64,000 bases of DNA, from the NCBI RefSeq assembly GCF_006345805.1, contig NC_043000.1, forward strand, positions 26,536,001-26,600,000, written 5' to 3'. Origin of the DNA: Octopus sinensis (taxonomy: Eukaryota). The notes beneath the pieces were generated by a model that saw only the letters and a program-made list of their open reading frames with translations, was not told where the DNA came from and made no database searches. The first letter of the stretch is position 1; every line of letters starts with the position of its first letter. Shown one piece after another: positions 11,575-25,336 of this stretch. The position numbers were made by a program, and so were the translations under genes.

Positions 11575-11915
11575 AAGGCGGCGAGCTGGCAGAAACGTTA
11601 GTACGCCGGGCGAAATGCGTAGCCTTGTTTCGTCTGCCGTTACGTTCTGAGTCGATGTAACCGACTTAATCCGTTTGTCTGTCCTTGTGTGTCCCCTCCG
11701 TGTGTATCCCCTTGTGGGTAGTAAAGAAATAGGTATTTCGTCTGCTGCTACGTTCTGAGTTCAAATTCCGCCGTGGTCGACTTTGCCTTTAATCCTTTCG
11801 GGGTCGATAAAATAAGTACCAGTTACGCACTGGGGTCGATATAATCGACTTAATCCGTTTGTCTGTCCTTGTTTGTCCTCTCTGTGTGTAGCCCCTTGTG
11901 GGCAATAAAAAAATA
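11575..11915 (+). mobile_element. SINE A dimer with tail type 2
   Basis: GGCGGCGAGCTGGCAGAAACG head; internal junction AAAGAAAT|AGGTATTTCGTC at 11730; ends GTAGCCCCTTGTGGGCAATAAAAAAATA. Confidence 0.85.
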
Positions 11916-12930
11916 TAAATATATATATATATAAATCGATAGATACATAGATAGGAGTATGGGACATTAGTACATGATAGTTAAATAGGTTTCGTTCTAT
12001 GAGTGTGTGTATGTGTGTGTGGGTGTGTGTGTACGTGTGTGACTGGTTGAGTGGGTGTATTAGTCATAAAAGATGATACGCATTTAGATGTGCGTATTAT
12101 AAATAGAAGTATATATATACACGCATTATGCATCTGTTTGTGCATATAATTGCGCATCTGAGAGCGAGTGTGTGTGTGTGTCGGGGGGTGTCTAAGCGCG
12201 CACGGATCTGTTTCCGTGTGGACGTGTTGCCGGATGTTGCTCTTTTCTCGACGACGAGTGTGACATTGGTTCAATATCCAGGTTGTACCACTGTATCGCC
12301 GTTTTCCCAGAGGCGTAGTTGTGGGCGAGGTCGAGACACGGGTGGTGGTGGCGGTGGTGGAAGCGGGGAGATCTGCTTCAAGTGATGTTTCTATAGTGGT
12401 GACACTTTTGGGTCTGCTCTAGGAGCCTGTTTGGGTTTCGACTCGGCGGAAGGGGCAGAAATGTCAAGGGCTGCTCCAGGCGAGACAAGTTTAGCTTCCG
12501 CTCCCAGCCGTTCCCCTTTCGTACGTAATTACTTGCAGTTACTTAATGGTCTCTGGTCGATGTTACTCCACTGCCAATCCGAAATCCTTTGAGTATTAAA
12601 GGACATACGGGTACAATGCCATGCACACATTTCATTACACATACATACACACACACATACATACACACGCATACATACACACACACATATACATATACGA
12701 GCATACTTACGAAGTCCTTTGAGTATTAAAGGACATACGGGTACAATGTCATGCGCATATTCCGTTATATATAATACACACACACCACACACACACACAC
12801 ACACAGACACACACACATATATATATATACACGCACTCACACATACACACGCGCACACACACCGGGGCGGGTTAAGACCCACAAAGGCCCTTAGCACTTG
12901 AGCTTCTGGTACCCCATAATTATATATATA

Positions 12931-13057
12931 TGTTGAAGAGCGTAGGCTTGAAACGTAAAAGACTTTCTCACTTCCCGAGCGTTAAACTAATACATCTGTT
13001 TGTTATTTACACACCCGTCTTCGTCTTTTGTTTGTCTTTTTGGTAAATTTTCACTAT
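12931..13057 (+). mobile_element. Family F element, 5'-truncated within the hammerhead core
   Basis: (TA)n then TGTTGA-A-GAGC-GTAG-GCTT-GAAA-CG-TA-AAAG...TTTTCAC then (TA)n. Confidence 0.75.
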
Positions 13058-13262
13058 ATATATATATATATATTTATATATATAAATGTAATTCAAAATC
13101 TAAGCCAAAAAATAAATTTCTATTCCTCAAAATGAAACAAAACTTTAAGGTAGTGCTCCATCATGGTCGCAGTCAAATGACTGAAACAAGCAAAAGAGTA
13201 AAAGAAAAGCTAATCGTAAGATGGAAAATAAAACTTTTTTTTGTATACTTCCAATTTATTTA

Positions 13263-13379
13263 TACAGTAATCCCTTGCCATATCGTGGTTCACTTATTGC
13301 GGTTGAATATTTAAACTCACGCCGATTCCTCAGTGGTGTTGTTTTGTATGTATAATAAAATAAATTTATACAAATCATA

Positions 13380-13385
<6 letters not shown>
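13263..13385 (+). mobile_element. Tigger/pogo-like MITE left end
   Basis: TA-CAGTAATCCCTTGCCATATCGTGGTTCAC; same family as 17733-17954, 32365-32498 and 35142-35628. Confidence 0.7.
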
Positions 13386-13466
<81 letters not shown>

Positions 13467-13737
13467 CCATATACAGTACAGTACAACACCGTGTACACTT
13501 TCATGTTGTATTTCGGATCTTATAAAACATTTTTAATATTATTTTAGAAAGTCTAAAGTAATTTCTTTTGTGCCGTAAGTCATTTACAATATAAGTGGTG
13601 ACCCCTTGCCTTGATGCCCTAGACACTTGCTTATTTTGTTTATCGGTTAATCCAGCGGTTATATATATATACTCTAGGCATGGTAGATAAGTTCAGTAAA
13701 AATTTAGATTCAGATGAACATGGTACTTAAGTTGACA

Positions 13738-13805
<68 letters not shown>

Positions 13806-13954
13806 TATATATACTGTCATTGTCTTTTATTTTTCTATAAATTTGTGAGCTGAAACTAAATAAAATAAATAAAAAAATAAAATTTATGAAATTTATAGAA
13901 AAACAAAAGACGAAGATAGGTGCATGAACAACCAGCATGGCTATTAGTTTGTCC

Positions 13955-14068
13955 CTCGGGAAAAATGAAAAAAGTCTTTTACGTTTCGAGCCTTACGCTC
14001 TTCAAAAGAAAGGAATAATAGAAAATAGACAGAGAGAGAATGAAAAAAACTTGTAGACTTCAGCGGTC
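13955..14068 (-). mobile_element. Family F element with hammerhead-like motif (13976-14012)
   Basis: Minus strand starts CCGCTGAAGTCTACAAG; contains CTTT-CTTTTGA-A-GAGC-GTAAG-GCTC-GAAA-CG-TA-AAAG. Confidence 0.7.
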
Positions 14069-14381
14069 CCAGGCACTCACATACACCCATATACACACAA
14101 AGAAATGTAATTATGCAAACATCAAATAGGAAAAAGGTATGCGTTTACTTGACGTGCAAGTTATAGTAGCTAAATTCCTTCAAATAACATTATAATTCAT
14201 ACCTTAAAACTTGAAATCATTTTGGGAAAATATAAGGCTTAGTTATGGATATATAGGGGACCGACCGTCATGATTATAATGGTTTTTATGTTATATCTGC
14301 TGGAACAAAGTTGACCTTGAGATAAACAACAAGAAATGCACCCAAACGCGCCCACTCACACAAACACATACATGACGGGAT

Positions 14382-14530
14382 TCTTTCAGTTTCCGTCTAC
14401 CAAATCCACTTACAAGGTTTTGATCAGCCTGAGGTTATAGCAGAAGACACTTCATCAGGGTGCCACGCAGTGGGACTGAACCCGGAACCATGTGGTTGAA
14501 AAGCAAACCTCTTACTACACAGCCATGCAT
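14382..14530 (-). mobile_element. SINE B head
   Basis: GACGGGATTCTTTCAGTTTCCGTCTACCAAATCC...GTGCCACGCAGTGGGACTGAACCCGGAACCATGTGG. Confidence 0.85.
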
Positions 14531-15392
14531 TGACATAGAAGTTTATACGAGAACTTTCTAAAAAGGGAAGGACTTATTTTCTTTGCTATCCTGGACTCCA
14601 TATTTCTTATCTTTTTATCCTCTTTTTTGGCGGCGTGTCCATAATCCCAAATTTGCTGCGTTTTTTGTGATGTTAAGTACCACTGCTTTTAACAAGGTGG
14701 TGGTGCTGTTAATGTTAAGGGCAGTGATGTTGTTAATGACAGTGTTAGGGCATCGAACATCGAACAAAAGACATACTTTGCGATATATCTTCGCATCCCT
14801 TTACATTCTGAATTAAGATCCTCACAAGTTCAATTTTGTCTTTCATTCTTTTATAGTCGATTAGATAAAGTACTTCTGAATTCCTCTTTTTAGCTCTATG
14901 TAACAAAATATTGTTGTCATGGTTGTGTAATATCTGCCTTCCTACATAACTTTTCTCATTGAAAAATGTTAAACTATGCCCTGAAGACCAACATAACGCT
15001 CGTTTCCATTGATATTTGGTGTTTCGTGTTTGATAAACATTCAAATATTAATTAATTTTCCCTAATTTTTACAGATGGTTCAGTTGCCAGTAACATTTAT
15101 TAGACAATAGGAGATTAAAAAAAAAATTTTGTCTTAGCTATTTAGAGAAGATGGATGAGGGGTAGTCATTTCACAATTCGTGTATAAATGGCCATTTTCA
15201 GCAAAGGTCCACTCACTTTATTCGATTTCTGATTGCTCACCTGTTTTATATAACGTAATTTTCATTAACTAAGGTGTCACTTCTTTAACCCTTTTCTTAA
15301 TAAATTTAAGTTGAAACGCTGCTTTTGTTCAAATTAATTTTAAGAATGATTATTAATTTAGTAAAATAATTTTCATTATTAAACTGGGGTCA

Positions 15393-15760
15393 GGCAGTGA
15401 GCTGGCAGAATCGTTAGCACGCCGGGCGAAATGCTTAGCGGTATTTCGTCTGCCGCTACGTTGTGAGTTCAAATTCCGCCGAGGTCGACTTTGCCTTTCA
15501 TCCTTTCGGGGTCGATTAAATAAGTACCAGTTATTCGGGTCGATATAACCGACATAATCCATGTGTTTGTCTTAGTTTGTCCCCTTTGTGTTTAGACCCT
15601 TGTGGGTAGTAAAGAAATAGGTATTTCGTCTGCCGCTACATTCAAATTCCGTCGAGGTCGACTTAGCCTTTCATCATTTCGGAGTAGATAAATTAAGTAC
15701 CAGCTGCGTACTGGGGTCGATCTAATCGACTGGCTCTTTCCCACAAAATTTCGGGCCTTG
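15393..15760 (+). mobile_element. SINE A dimer (tail 2 unit followed by tail 1 unit)
   Basis: Full head, junction AAAGAAAT|AGGTATTTCGTC at ~15618, final tail CACAAAATTTCGGGCCTTG. Confidence 0.85.
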
Positions 15761-16269
15761 ATGTAGTCCAAACGACAGAAATTTCAATTAAAAGAAATTG
15801 AAGTAAAACAAGATGGTCATGGCTGGAATACTATTGATCATGGCTCCATGGCTCTTCTTCATCAAGGCTGACATGGGAATCAACAACAAGAAAAATAACA
15901 GCGACAGTAACGACAACAACTGCCGCAACAATATTGCACGTAAAGTTTTCCCCGAAAAAAGAAACCAGATAGAGAAAAATAAGAGAAAACAACAAAGAGA
16001 ACAAAACTACGGAAAATAATAAAAAAACAAGACTCAGTAAAGTGAATAATTGCTGTATGGTATTTAGATTTTACATAAAAATATTCATTTTTAGCGGGAG
16101 ATATAAACAAAAAAAAGTGCAATTTCAATCACTTATAGAAAAATATTCTTTTCTACATTAGGCACAAAGCCCGAAATTTTTGTGAAGGGAACCAGTTGAT
16201 TATATAGATCCCAGTACGCAACTGGTACTTAATACAGACACACACACATATAAACATATAAACATACAC

Positions 16270-16289
<20 letters not shown>

Positions 16290-16303
<14 letters not shown>

Positions 16304-16487
16304 AATATTTTTTTCCTCTGTCTTCCCTTCTTGGGATCTTTCCTTCTCCTTGTTTCCGACGAAGAGCTCCGCTCGAAACGTTAAACGCTCCTTCCCTTCT
16401 TTCCTGAGCGTCAAATAATACTTTAATTGTTCCACGTCCTCGCGTTGCTGTGTTTTTTTCTGTGTTTTCTTGTTTGGATTAACTTTA
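16290..16487 (+). mobile_element. Family F variant with hammerhead-like motif (16352-16386)
   Basis: GTTT-CCGACGA-A-GAGC-TCC-GCTC-GAAA-CG-TT-AAAC; stem I is GTTT/AAAC instead of CTTT/AAAG; ends in (TA)n. Confidence 0.7.
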
Positions 16488-16506
16488 TATATATATATAT
16501 ATATGT

Positions 16507-16705
16507 ACCGATAGAATAAGTACTAGGTTCACAAAGAATAAGTCCTGGGGTCGATTTGCTCGACTAAAGGCGGTGATCCAGCATGGCCACAGTCAAATGA
16601 CTGAAACAAGTAAAAGAGTAAAAGAGTTAATACACATATACGACGGGCTTCCCGGTACTTTGTGGCTGGGAAGTAAGCTTCTTACCACACTGCTACGCCT
16701 GCGCC
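16507..16705. mobile_element. SINE C tail (+, 16507-16625) and SINE B fragment (-, 16643-16705)
   Basis: ACCGATAGAATAAGTACTAGG...CAAATGACTGAAACAAGTAAAAGAG; GACGGGCTT...GCTTCTTACCACACTGCTACGCCTGCGCC. Confidence 0.75.
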
Positions 16706-16736
<31 letters not shown>

Positions 16737-16978
16737 ATAATATAAGAGAGTGGTCACTATATGGCTCACTCTAGCACCAGTTTATCCAAGGTTTCAACCA
16801 CAAAATACATGTTTCCCATGAAAGTCAGTACGATTGTTAGCTCACACGGACAGGGCAAATAAAAATAACAAAAATACAGATTATTTTGGGACAATTGTTT
16901 CGCTATTAATGAATTAAATGTAATTAAATGTATTAAATGTATTATATTTATATATGTATATATATATATAATATATAG

Positions 16979-17037
<59 letters not shown>

Positions 17038-17375
17038 TATAATATCTATATAGCATATATCTATATATATATTATATAATATATATATAATATGCATATA
17101 TCTATATGTTTATATACGTATACATATATATATATGTATGTGCATGAGTTTGTCAGTGTACATCTGTGCTGTGCCATTATATGTATGTATGTATATATAA
17201 TATATATATATATGCATATACATACATATATACATCTCTCTCTCTCTATATAATATATATATATATACATACACATTCATACATATATCCACATACATGG
17301 ATACATCGCAGACCATACATATGTATGTATGACTGAATGTATGTATGTATATGTATATATATATATATATATATC

Positions 17376-17410
<35 letters not shown>

Positions 17411-17732
17411 TATATATAATTTGCAATCACTGTCAGTGAATCCACAGTCTAGTTAGCTAAGGCATCGTCGGATATATATATATATATATTTAGAGAGAGA
17501 GAGAGAGAGAGAGACCGAGATGAAGATTCCCTTCCACTCACAGAGCACTGTTCATATTGTAGAACCTTCGACATCTCAGTGTGATCCTGCACCATATTCC
17601 CAATACTCTTATCCCCCACCCCTCACACTCGTGTATATTCTTTCACAGTTATCTCCTGGTACCCATGCACACGTTGCTTTCACTCACATAATCTAATAAC
17701 ATTCTATTCAAATACCTTACACAGAAATATAA

Positions 17733-17954
17733 AGTAATCTTTCAACGGTTGCGGCTGCTATGTTGCAAAACACCCCGCGATAAGTAAAAATCCGCGAAGT
17801 AGAAACAGTACTGTATATTTTTATTATTATTATTATTTTTATAATTTATATATTTTTATTTTGTTATAAATGCAAAAGAACAACACAAAGGAATCGACTT
17901 AAGCTTAAATTATAAACCGCGATAGGTGAACTGCGATATGGCGAGGGATTACTG
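17733..17954 (-). mobile_element. Tigger/pogo-like MITE, near full length
   Basis: Ends GGCGAGGGATTACTG-TA; decayed opposite TIR AAGTAATC at 17732; internal CCGCGATAAG...GAAGTAGAAACAGTACT shared with 35555-35590. Confidence 0.7.
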
Positions 17955-18324
17955 TATACATACAACCAGAAATATATACATACACACAAACATAATTCAG
18001 CCTTATCCTTGCAACTAAGCGTACACACTCCCTGACACATGTACTTACACAACTACCTGACCTCCTTCCTGATCTTCCTTCTGGATTTCGTCCGATAAAT
18101 CGATATTCGCTCTGGATATTAGCTATCCACTTTCTTTCTCACTCTTTTCATTGGAATTGTAATTTTTACACGCAAACAATCCCCTTGTCTTTACGTTTCT
18201 CCTTTATCTCATTAATTTCTGAAGAATAACTAACGTCCGAAGCGTTAGTGTTGCACCGTTTCCCTTTCAAAAGTTAGACTAGTTCCTTATTACCGTAATT
18301 TGTTCTTTCTGTATTGTGTTCTGA

Positions 18325-18464
<140 letters not shown>

Positions 18465-19159
18465 TTTTGCTGAAGACATAGAGCTGGCATTGTCAGACAA
18501 CACATTTGGAGAGAATGGGAAGTGAAATAATCATTGTGTGAAAATTAATCACAGGAGTTTATATTCGTTTGGTTGACGTGCTTGAGTTAGCACCCAATCT
18601 CCCCAACACCGTAATATGCTGTATCAAACATGTCGAATAAATTGTCTAATATAGTTCTGTATAAGCCAATCCATCCATCTATCAATTATTCAGTTTTGAA
18701 ATAGTGGTTCCTGAAGCTAAAAATAATTGTATGTAAAATATTGAGTTAAGAATACTTAGTAACAGAAAAAGGGCCGAAGGCCGGGTGTGCAGCTCGAACC
18801 TTTATCGCCTGTGACAAGGGTTCTACCACTGGGCACAAAGGAATGCTTCGAATTTCTGCATCCATTTGAGAAACTTTATGCCTGTGACGTCAATAACACA
18901 CACATACCTACACGCACCCACACAAATACACACAAACATACACACATGCACACACACATACTCTCTCTCACATACACACGCGCGCGCGCACACACACACA
19001 CACATAGAGACTCACAATAAATTGCGATGCGGAGCCAATGTGTTGAGCGTCTTACAGGTCGTACCACATGCTAGAAACAACAGCGAACATTTCTCAAAGT
19101 TATATTCAAGTGGCAAATATAAATGGATAATTTATTATGGATAATATATTACGAGCAAA

Positions 19160-19265
19160 ACGCTCCCCGTCCAATGGACAGTACTGAGTTGTCAAACATT
19201 TAAACCAAATGTTCTCAAAACAACTTGTCCGACCGTCCCATTGGCCTCCCCTTTGAGAAACACTG
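19160..19265 (-). mobile_element. hAT/Charlie-like terminus
   Basis: Minus strand starts CAGTGTTTCTCAAAGGGG, similar to Charlie/MER5-type TIRs; the other end is not found. Confidence 0.35.
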
Positions 19266-19299
19266 ATTTAACCTAAATTTGAGACACCAGCAAAAGAAG

Positions 19300-19586
19300 A
19301 AATACACTCTTTTTCTATTCCAAGAAAAACGATTTTACAAATGCACGTTCCCACGGCTTTATCAATCGCATTCTCACCTGGAATCGATTTTTGTAATTTT
19401 TTCAAGACTTATACACGCCCTGATACCGTCGGTATCTACATATAAAATTTGGGCGCAATCGGATGGAGGATGCCCGAGATCCTAGAAGACACACACACAC
19501 ACTCACACACACACACACACACACACACCTCACACCCACCCACACACCCACAAACCCACACACCGAACGGATTTTATATAATAGAT
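19300..19586 (+). mobile_element. Helentron-associated (DINE-1/HINE-like) non-autonomous element 3' part
   Basis: AAATTTGGGCGCAATCGGATGGAGG...GAGATCCTAGAAGA-(CA)n-CGAACGGATTTTATATAATAGAT matches the AAATTT..AATCGG + internal microsatellite + TATATAATAGA(T) architecture of HINEs. A similar TTATATAATAG end occurs at ~45810. Confidence 0.45.
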
Positions 19587-19944
19587 GTATATTCTTGGAT
19601 ATATATATCATATTCAATTGGCAAAGCAATGGATATGTTGTACTTGGATATATATAAAAACAGCCATACCAGATAATGACGGGTGACGAAGGCTTATCTG
19701 GGGGCACACAACATAAAAAAATAACAACAATATACCGTAAATTTGGCCTGGGGGCAACCTGCCACAAAGCAAATAAAGAGACGCCTTCGAGCCCCCTTCA
19801 TTTGACGCTACTAAATTTATTGGGAAATCCTTGGATGTTGCAGCGCAATAATCCTATGAAATCAATAACTGATCAATACAACTGTTCCTATATTGATACA
19901 TAGATCCCGGTAAGGAATGGTAATCATTCAGTTCCATAATATTA

Positions 19945-20119
19945 CCATGAATTCCGCCGAGGTCGACGATTTTGTCTTTTATTCCTTCGGGGTCGATAAA
20001 TAAGTTCCAGTCGATTACTAGGGTCGATGTAACCGACTTACTCCCACCTCGGGAATTAGTGAAACTATGCCAAAATTTGAAATCAATATGACACACACAC
20101 ACATTCACACACACACATT

Positions 20120-20183
<64 letters not shown>

Positions 20184-20550
20184 TACACACACACACGTTA
20201 GTACGCTGGGCGAAATGCTTAGTAGTATTTCGTCTGCCGTTACGTTCCGAGTTCAAATTCCGCCGAGGTCGTCTCTCATCCTTTCTGGGTCGATTAAATA
20301 AGTACCAGTTACGCACTGGGGTCGATATAATCGACTTAATCCGTTTGTCTGTCCTTGTTTGTCCTCTCTGTGTTTAGCCCCTTGTGGGTAATAAAGAAAT
20401 ATGTATTTCGTCTATCTTTACGTTCTGAGTTCAAATTCCGTCGAGGTCGACTTTGCCTTTCATCTTTTCCGAGGTTAATAAAATAACTACCAGTTGCGCA
20501 CTGAAGTCGATGCAATCGCTTTACGCCGCCCCACAAATTTCTGTCCTTGT
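19945..20550 (+). mobile_element. SINE A fragment (19945-20075) and SINE A dimer (20196-20550)
   Basis: GAATTCCGCCGAGGTCGAC...; dimer junction AAAGAAAT|ATGTATTTCGTC at 20400. Confidence 0.8.
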
Positions 20551-20586
20551 GCCATACATGCATACTTGCATTCACACATACATGTA

Positions 20587-20626
<40 letters not shown>

Positions 20627-20630
<4 letters not shown>

Positions 20631-20713
20631 ATTAGGTAAGGTATATAATACCACTTGCTAAAATCAGAGTCATTGCTCCAAAGACGACTATAAATATACC
20701 TTACCTAATCTTA
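20627..20713. mobile_element. 87-bp MITE with perfect 20-bp terminal inverted repeats, TA-flanked
   Basis: TAAGATTAGGTAAGGTATAT (20627-20646) and ATATACCTTACCTAATCTTA (20694-20713). Confidence 0.7.
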
Positions 20714-20794
20714 AATTACTTTATATTGTAACTGTAAAGGTGTGAACTTGCTAGCCACCTTATTATTACTGTAAATAACGGTAATAATACTACT

Positions 20795-20962
<168 letters not shown>

Positions 20963-21235
20963 ACATATATACATATATACATATATATATGTATATCAAA
21001 AATGGGGAAGTCCGGTTTATGGAATTATCTTAGGCCTCCCGTCTATAAAGGGTCTAGCTTTATGGCGTATCGTCCGATCGCAATACCTGTTGGTGCAACA
21101 CCTCTTAAGAATGCGGAGAGGTCTTGGGCCAACAGGTTTTTGGGATCTGCCTTTATGGACGGAAAAATCGAAACCCTTTATGGACAGAAAACCTGAGGTG
21201 ATTTCATAAACCAGCCTGCACCATTTTTAATATAT

Positions 21236-21423
21236 ACATTGCGGATCCGTGGAATAAACTGTCGGACGAGATGGTGAAGATGCCGACGACCGCTCGGTTC
21301 ACAGTCTCCCTTGACCACAAGTGGCCTGAACTCTTTACATGAACACCACCCTGTATATAACTCCATGTCCCCCAACATGGCCTTGCTTTTTGCTTTTTGA
21401 GCCAAATAATTAACTAACTAACA
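21236..21423 (+). mobile_element. CR1/L2-group LINE 3' end
   Basis: ADPWNKLSDEMVKMPTTARFTVSLDHKWPELFT* (WN.LP..V....FK..LD..W motif), short 3' UTR and (TAAC)n tail. Confidence 0.7.
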
Positions 21424-21496
21424 AACATATTAGAGTGTGCTTCTTTCGAATTTATGTTTCTTACAGATAATCCGAAATATACATACATACATACAT

Positions 21497-21546
<50 letters not shown>

Positions 21547-21689
21547 TATAGATATATAGATACATACATAAGCATAGCTTCAATACAGACTAGATTTAAT
21601 GACAGAAATTAGATTTCAACTTTCAATTACTCACACACAGATGTCCATAAACACACACATGCACATATTACTTCACATACACACCTATA

Positions 21690-21771
<82 letters not shown>

Positions 21772-21942
21772 TACATACACACCCATGCACATATACACCT
21801 ATATGTATATTGTGTCATATATCAATGTGTTTGTGTAAATCATAAACATACCTACTTGCATGCTACATACATACACATGTACACACAAGAGAGAGCGAGA
21901 TAGAGAGAGAGAGAGAGTATGCCTTGATTTCCGATTTTACTA

Positions 21943-22035
21943 TCTTTTCTGGAGAACGTTCGTATAGCTCAATCTCGCAAACATAAGACAGACTCGCAAA
22001 ACCTCGCATATCGGTGTCTCGTAAAGTGGTTCCTA
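21943..22035 (+). mobile_element. Degraded Tigger-like MITE related to 61220-61369
   Basis: Shares TTTTCTGGAGAACG and CTCGTAAAGTG with 61256-61357. Confidence 0.45.
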
Positions 22036-22054
22036 TAAGTGACGTATAACTCTG

Positions 22055-22094
<40 letters not shown>

Positions 22095-22097
22095 TAT

Positions 22098-22144
<47 letters not shown>

Positions 22145-22202
22145 CATATACACACACACCACACACATATATATATATATATACATACACACACACACAC
22201 AC

Positions 22203-22281
<79 letters not shown>

Positions 22282-23019
22282 GCATATATGCGCAGGACAA
22301 CCACGGCTGCGTATTGAACTCATCTGTTTTCGTATTTATCATGTTTACTGTTGGTGGTGTCCTATGCCTATATATGCATATATATATATAATATATAATA
22401 ATTATATACTATATATATTATATAATATAATAATACATACATACATACATACATATATATATACACACAAGTTTATGTATATATATATATTCATGCATTC
22501 ATACATACATACATATATTTTTAAACGGCCAAATTAATATGCCTGCACGCACGCCAAGGCCTTACTTCTAAGCAGCTACATATATCTACACACACACAAT
22601 CTCTCTCACACACACATACACACACACGCAAGCACGCAATCCCCTACACTCATACATATACGCTTAAACTGGATAAATGCATGTATAAAGTAAAAAAAAA
22701 ACAAACAAACAACAGTAATAAATAAAATAAATGCAATATAAAAGAAGAAAAAAAACACATAGAAAAAAACAAAAATGAAGCCATCATGGTACTGACCAGC
22801 TATCTGTTGGTTGTATCGTTACTCCGTTACTCCATCTAGTTCTGCTGCATCATCACCAAGGCAACTGCTATGCTATTATCCACATCACAAGCCCATCCCA
22901 TCCCATTTCCATTTCCAATCCCAAACCTGACTTCCACCACGCCTCACTACGTTAGCCACAACAGATGCCGACCCTCTCACTTCACTGGATAAATGGGTCT
23001 ATGATAATAGGATAGAAGT

Positions 23020-23124
23020 AGGGGTTGTAGTGGTGGTGGAGGTTGCAGTGGTGGCGGTGGTGGTGGTGATGGTGTGTTTAGCTGGTGGAGTTTGTTACAG
23101 CCTGATATCCGAGGTCCTTACTGC

Positions 23125-23157
<33 letters not shown>

Positions 23158-23623
23158 GTTGCTGCTGCCTTTGTGTGCATGCTTTTATCTGGCCAACAAC
23201 GACAACGAAGCCGAAAGACGACGATGCGCGCGACACTCTGATAACGACCGCCACATCGATCGACCACGACGATGATGAGAATGAGTGTTGGTGGCGCTGG
23301 TGAGGATGGTGGGGGTGAAATGAAGTTTGTGACGACGGCGACGAGGATGACGATGATGATGACGATGATGATGATGATGACGACGATACTGATGATGATG
23401 GTGAAGATGAGGATGAGGTTGAGGAGGAGGAGGATGTAGATTATGATGTCAGTGATGATGATGACGACGACGATGATGATGATGACGATGATGATGATGA
23501 CGACGATAATGATGATGATGATGACGACGATGATAATGATGATGGTGAAGATGAGGATGAGGATGAGCTTGAGGAGGAGGAGGATGTAGATGATGATGTC
23601 AGTGATGATGATGACGACGACGA

Positions 23624-23656
<33 letters not shown>

Positions 23657-23913
23657 GTGATGTTTTTGACGGTGACTATAATGATGATGGTGACGCTGCT
23701 GCTGCTGATGATGCTGATGATAATAGCGCAGACAATAATTATGTTGGCGATGCTGGAGAAGAAGACGACGACAGTGGTGGTGGTGATGATGATGAAGGCG
23801 GTGAGGATGATGATAATGGTGATGGTTGTGTGCTGTGATGCTGCTGATGCTTCTACTGATGATGATATTTGTGTTGACAGCGATGATGGTAATTATAACA
23901 GTGATGATGATAG

Positions 23914-23944
<31 letters not shown>

Positions 23945-23954
23945 AGTGATTATA

Positions 23955-23991
<37 letters not shown>

Positions 23992-24049
23992 GGATGTTGA
24001 TCTGATGATGATATTTGTGTTGACAGCGATGATGATGATAGTGATTATA

Positions 24050-24087
<38 letters not shown>

Positions 24088-24097
24088 AGTGATTATA

Positions 24098-24137
<40 letters not shown>

Positions 24138-24190
24138 GATGTTGATCTGATGATGATATTTGTGTTGACAGCGATGATGATGAATGATTT

Positions 24191-24228
<38 letters not shown>

Positions 24229-24232
24229 AGTT

Positions 24233-24267
<35 letters not shown>

Positions 24268-24283
24268 ATAGTGATTATAATGA

Positions 24284-24315
<32 letters not shown>

Positions 24316-24372
24316 GATGTTGATCTGATGATGATATTTGTGTTGACAGCGATGATGATGATAGTGATTATA

Positions 24373-24411
<39 letters not shown>

Positions 24412-24414
24412 ATA

Positions 24415-24456
<42 letters not shown>

Positions 24457-24647
24457 ATGTTAGCGACGATGATAATTAAAGCGACGTTGATTGCGATAAT
24501 ATTAATGTTGTGTATGATTACAATTAAGAACGAAGGAGAAGGGTGATGCTTATGATGCTGGTGGTGGTGGTGGTGGTGGTGGTGGTGTGGGTGATGATGA
24601 CAAAAGCGATGTTGTTGTTGATGATGATGATGGTGGTGATGATGATG

Positions 24648-24679
<32 letters not shown>

Positions 24680-25177
24680 GATGATTGTACTGGTGGTGAT
24701 GGTGGTGGTGGTGCTGCTAATGTTGTGGTGTGATGGGGAGGGGGGTCATTAGCATTAATATTAGTAATGGCAAAGCCTCTGTTCCTGTTGTTGTTGTTGT
24801 TGTTGTTGTTGATGATGATGACGATGATGATGGTAATTATGGTGGTGGTGGTGGTGGTGGTGCTAATGGTGATTATTATTATGATGATGATGACAACAAT
24901 GCTGTTGATGATGATGAGGAAGGTGATGTTTACGTGGACGGTGTTGGTATAACATCGGTAACGCTGCAGCTGCTGCTGCTGCTGATGGTGAACGATGATG
25001 ATGATGATGGCGGTGATGATGATGATGATGATGATGATGGCATGGCGGTGGTGAGGATGGAATATGGCGGGGGTTGATAAAGATAATCCGCGATGATGAT
25101 GACGATGGTGATGTTTCGCTTCTGCTGATGATGACGATGGTAGTGGTGGTTTTGAAGGGCGACAATGATGATGATTG

Positions 25178-25251
<74 letters not shown>

Positions 25252-25294
25252 GTGATGATGACGACGACGACGATGATGATGGTGATGATGATGG

Positions 25295-25336
<42 letters not shown>

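Noticed and set aside
14745-15044. 99-aa non-repetitive minus-strand ORF
   Set aside because: No recognisable motif or convincing splice sites; an ORF of this length can arise by chance. It needs a BLAST search.
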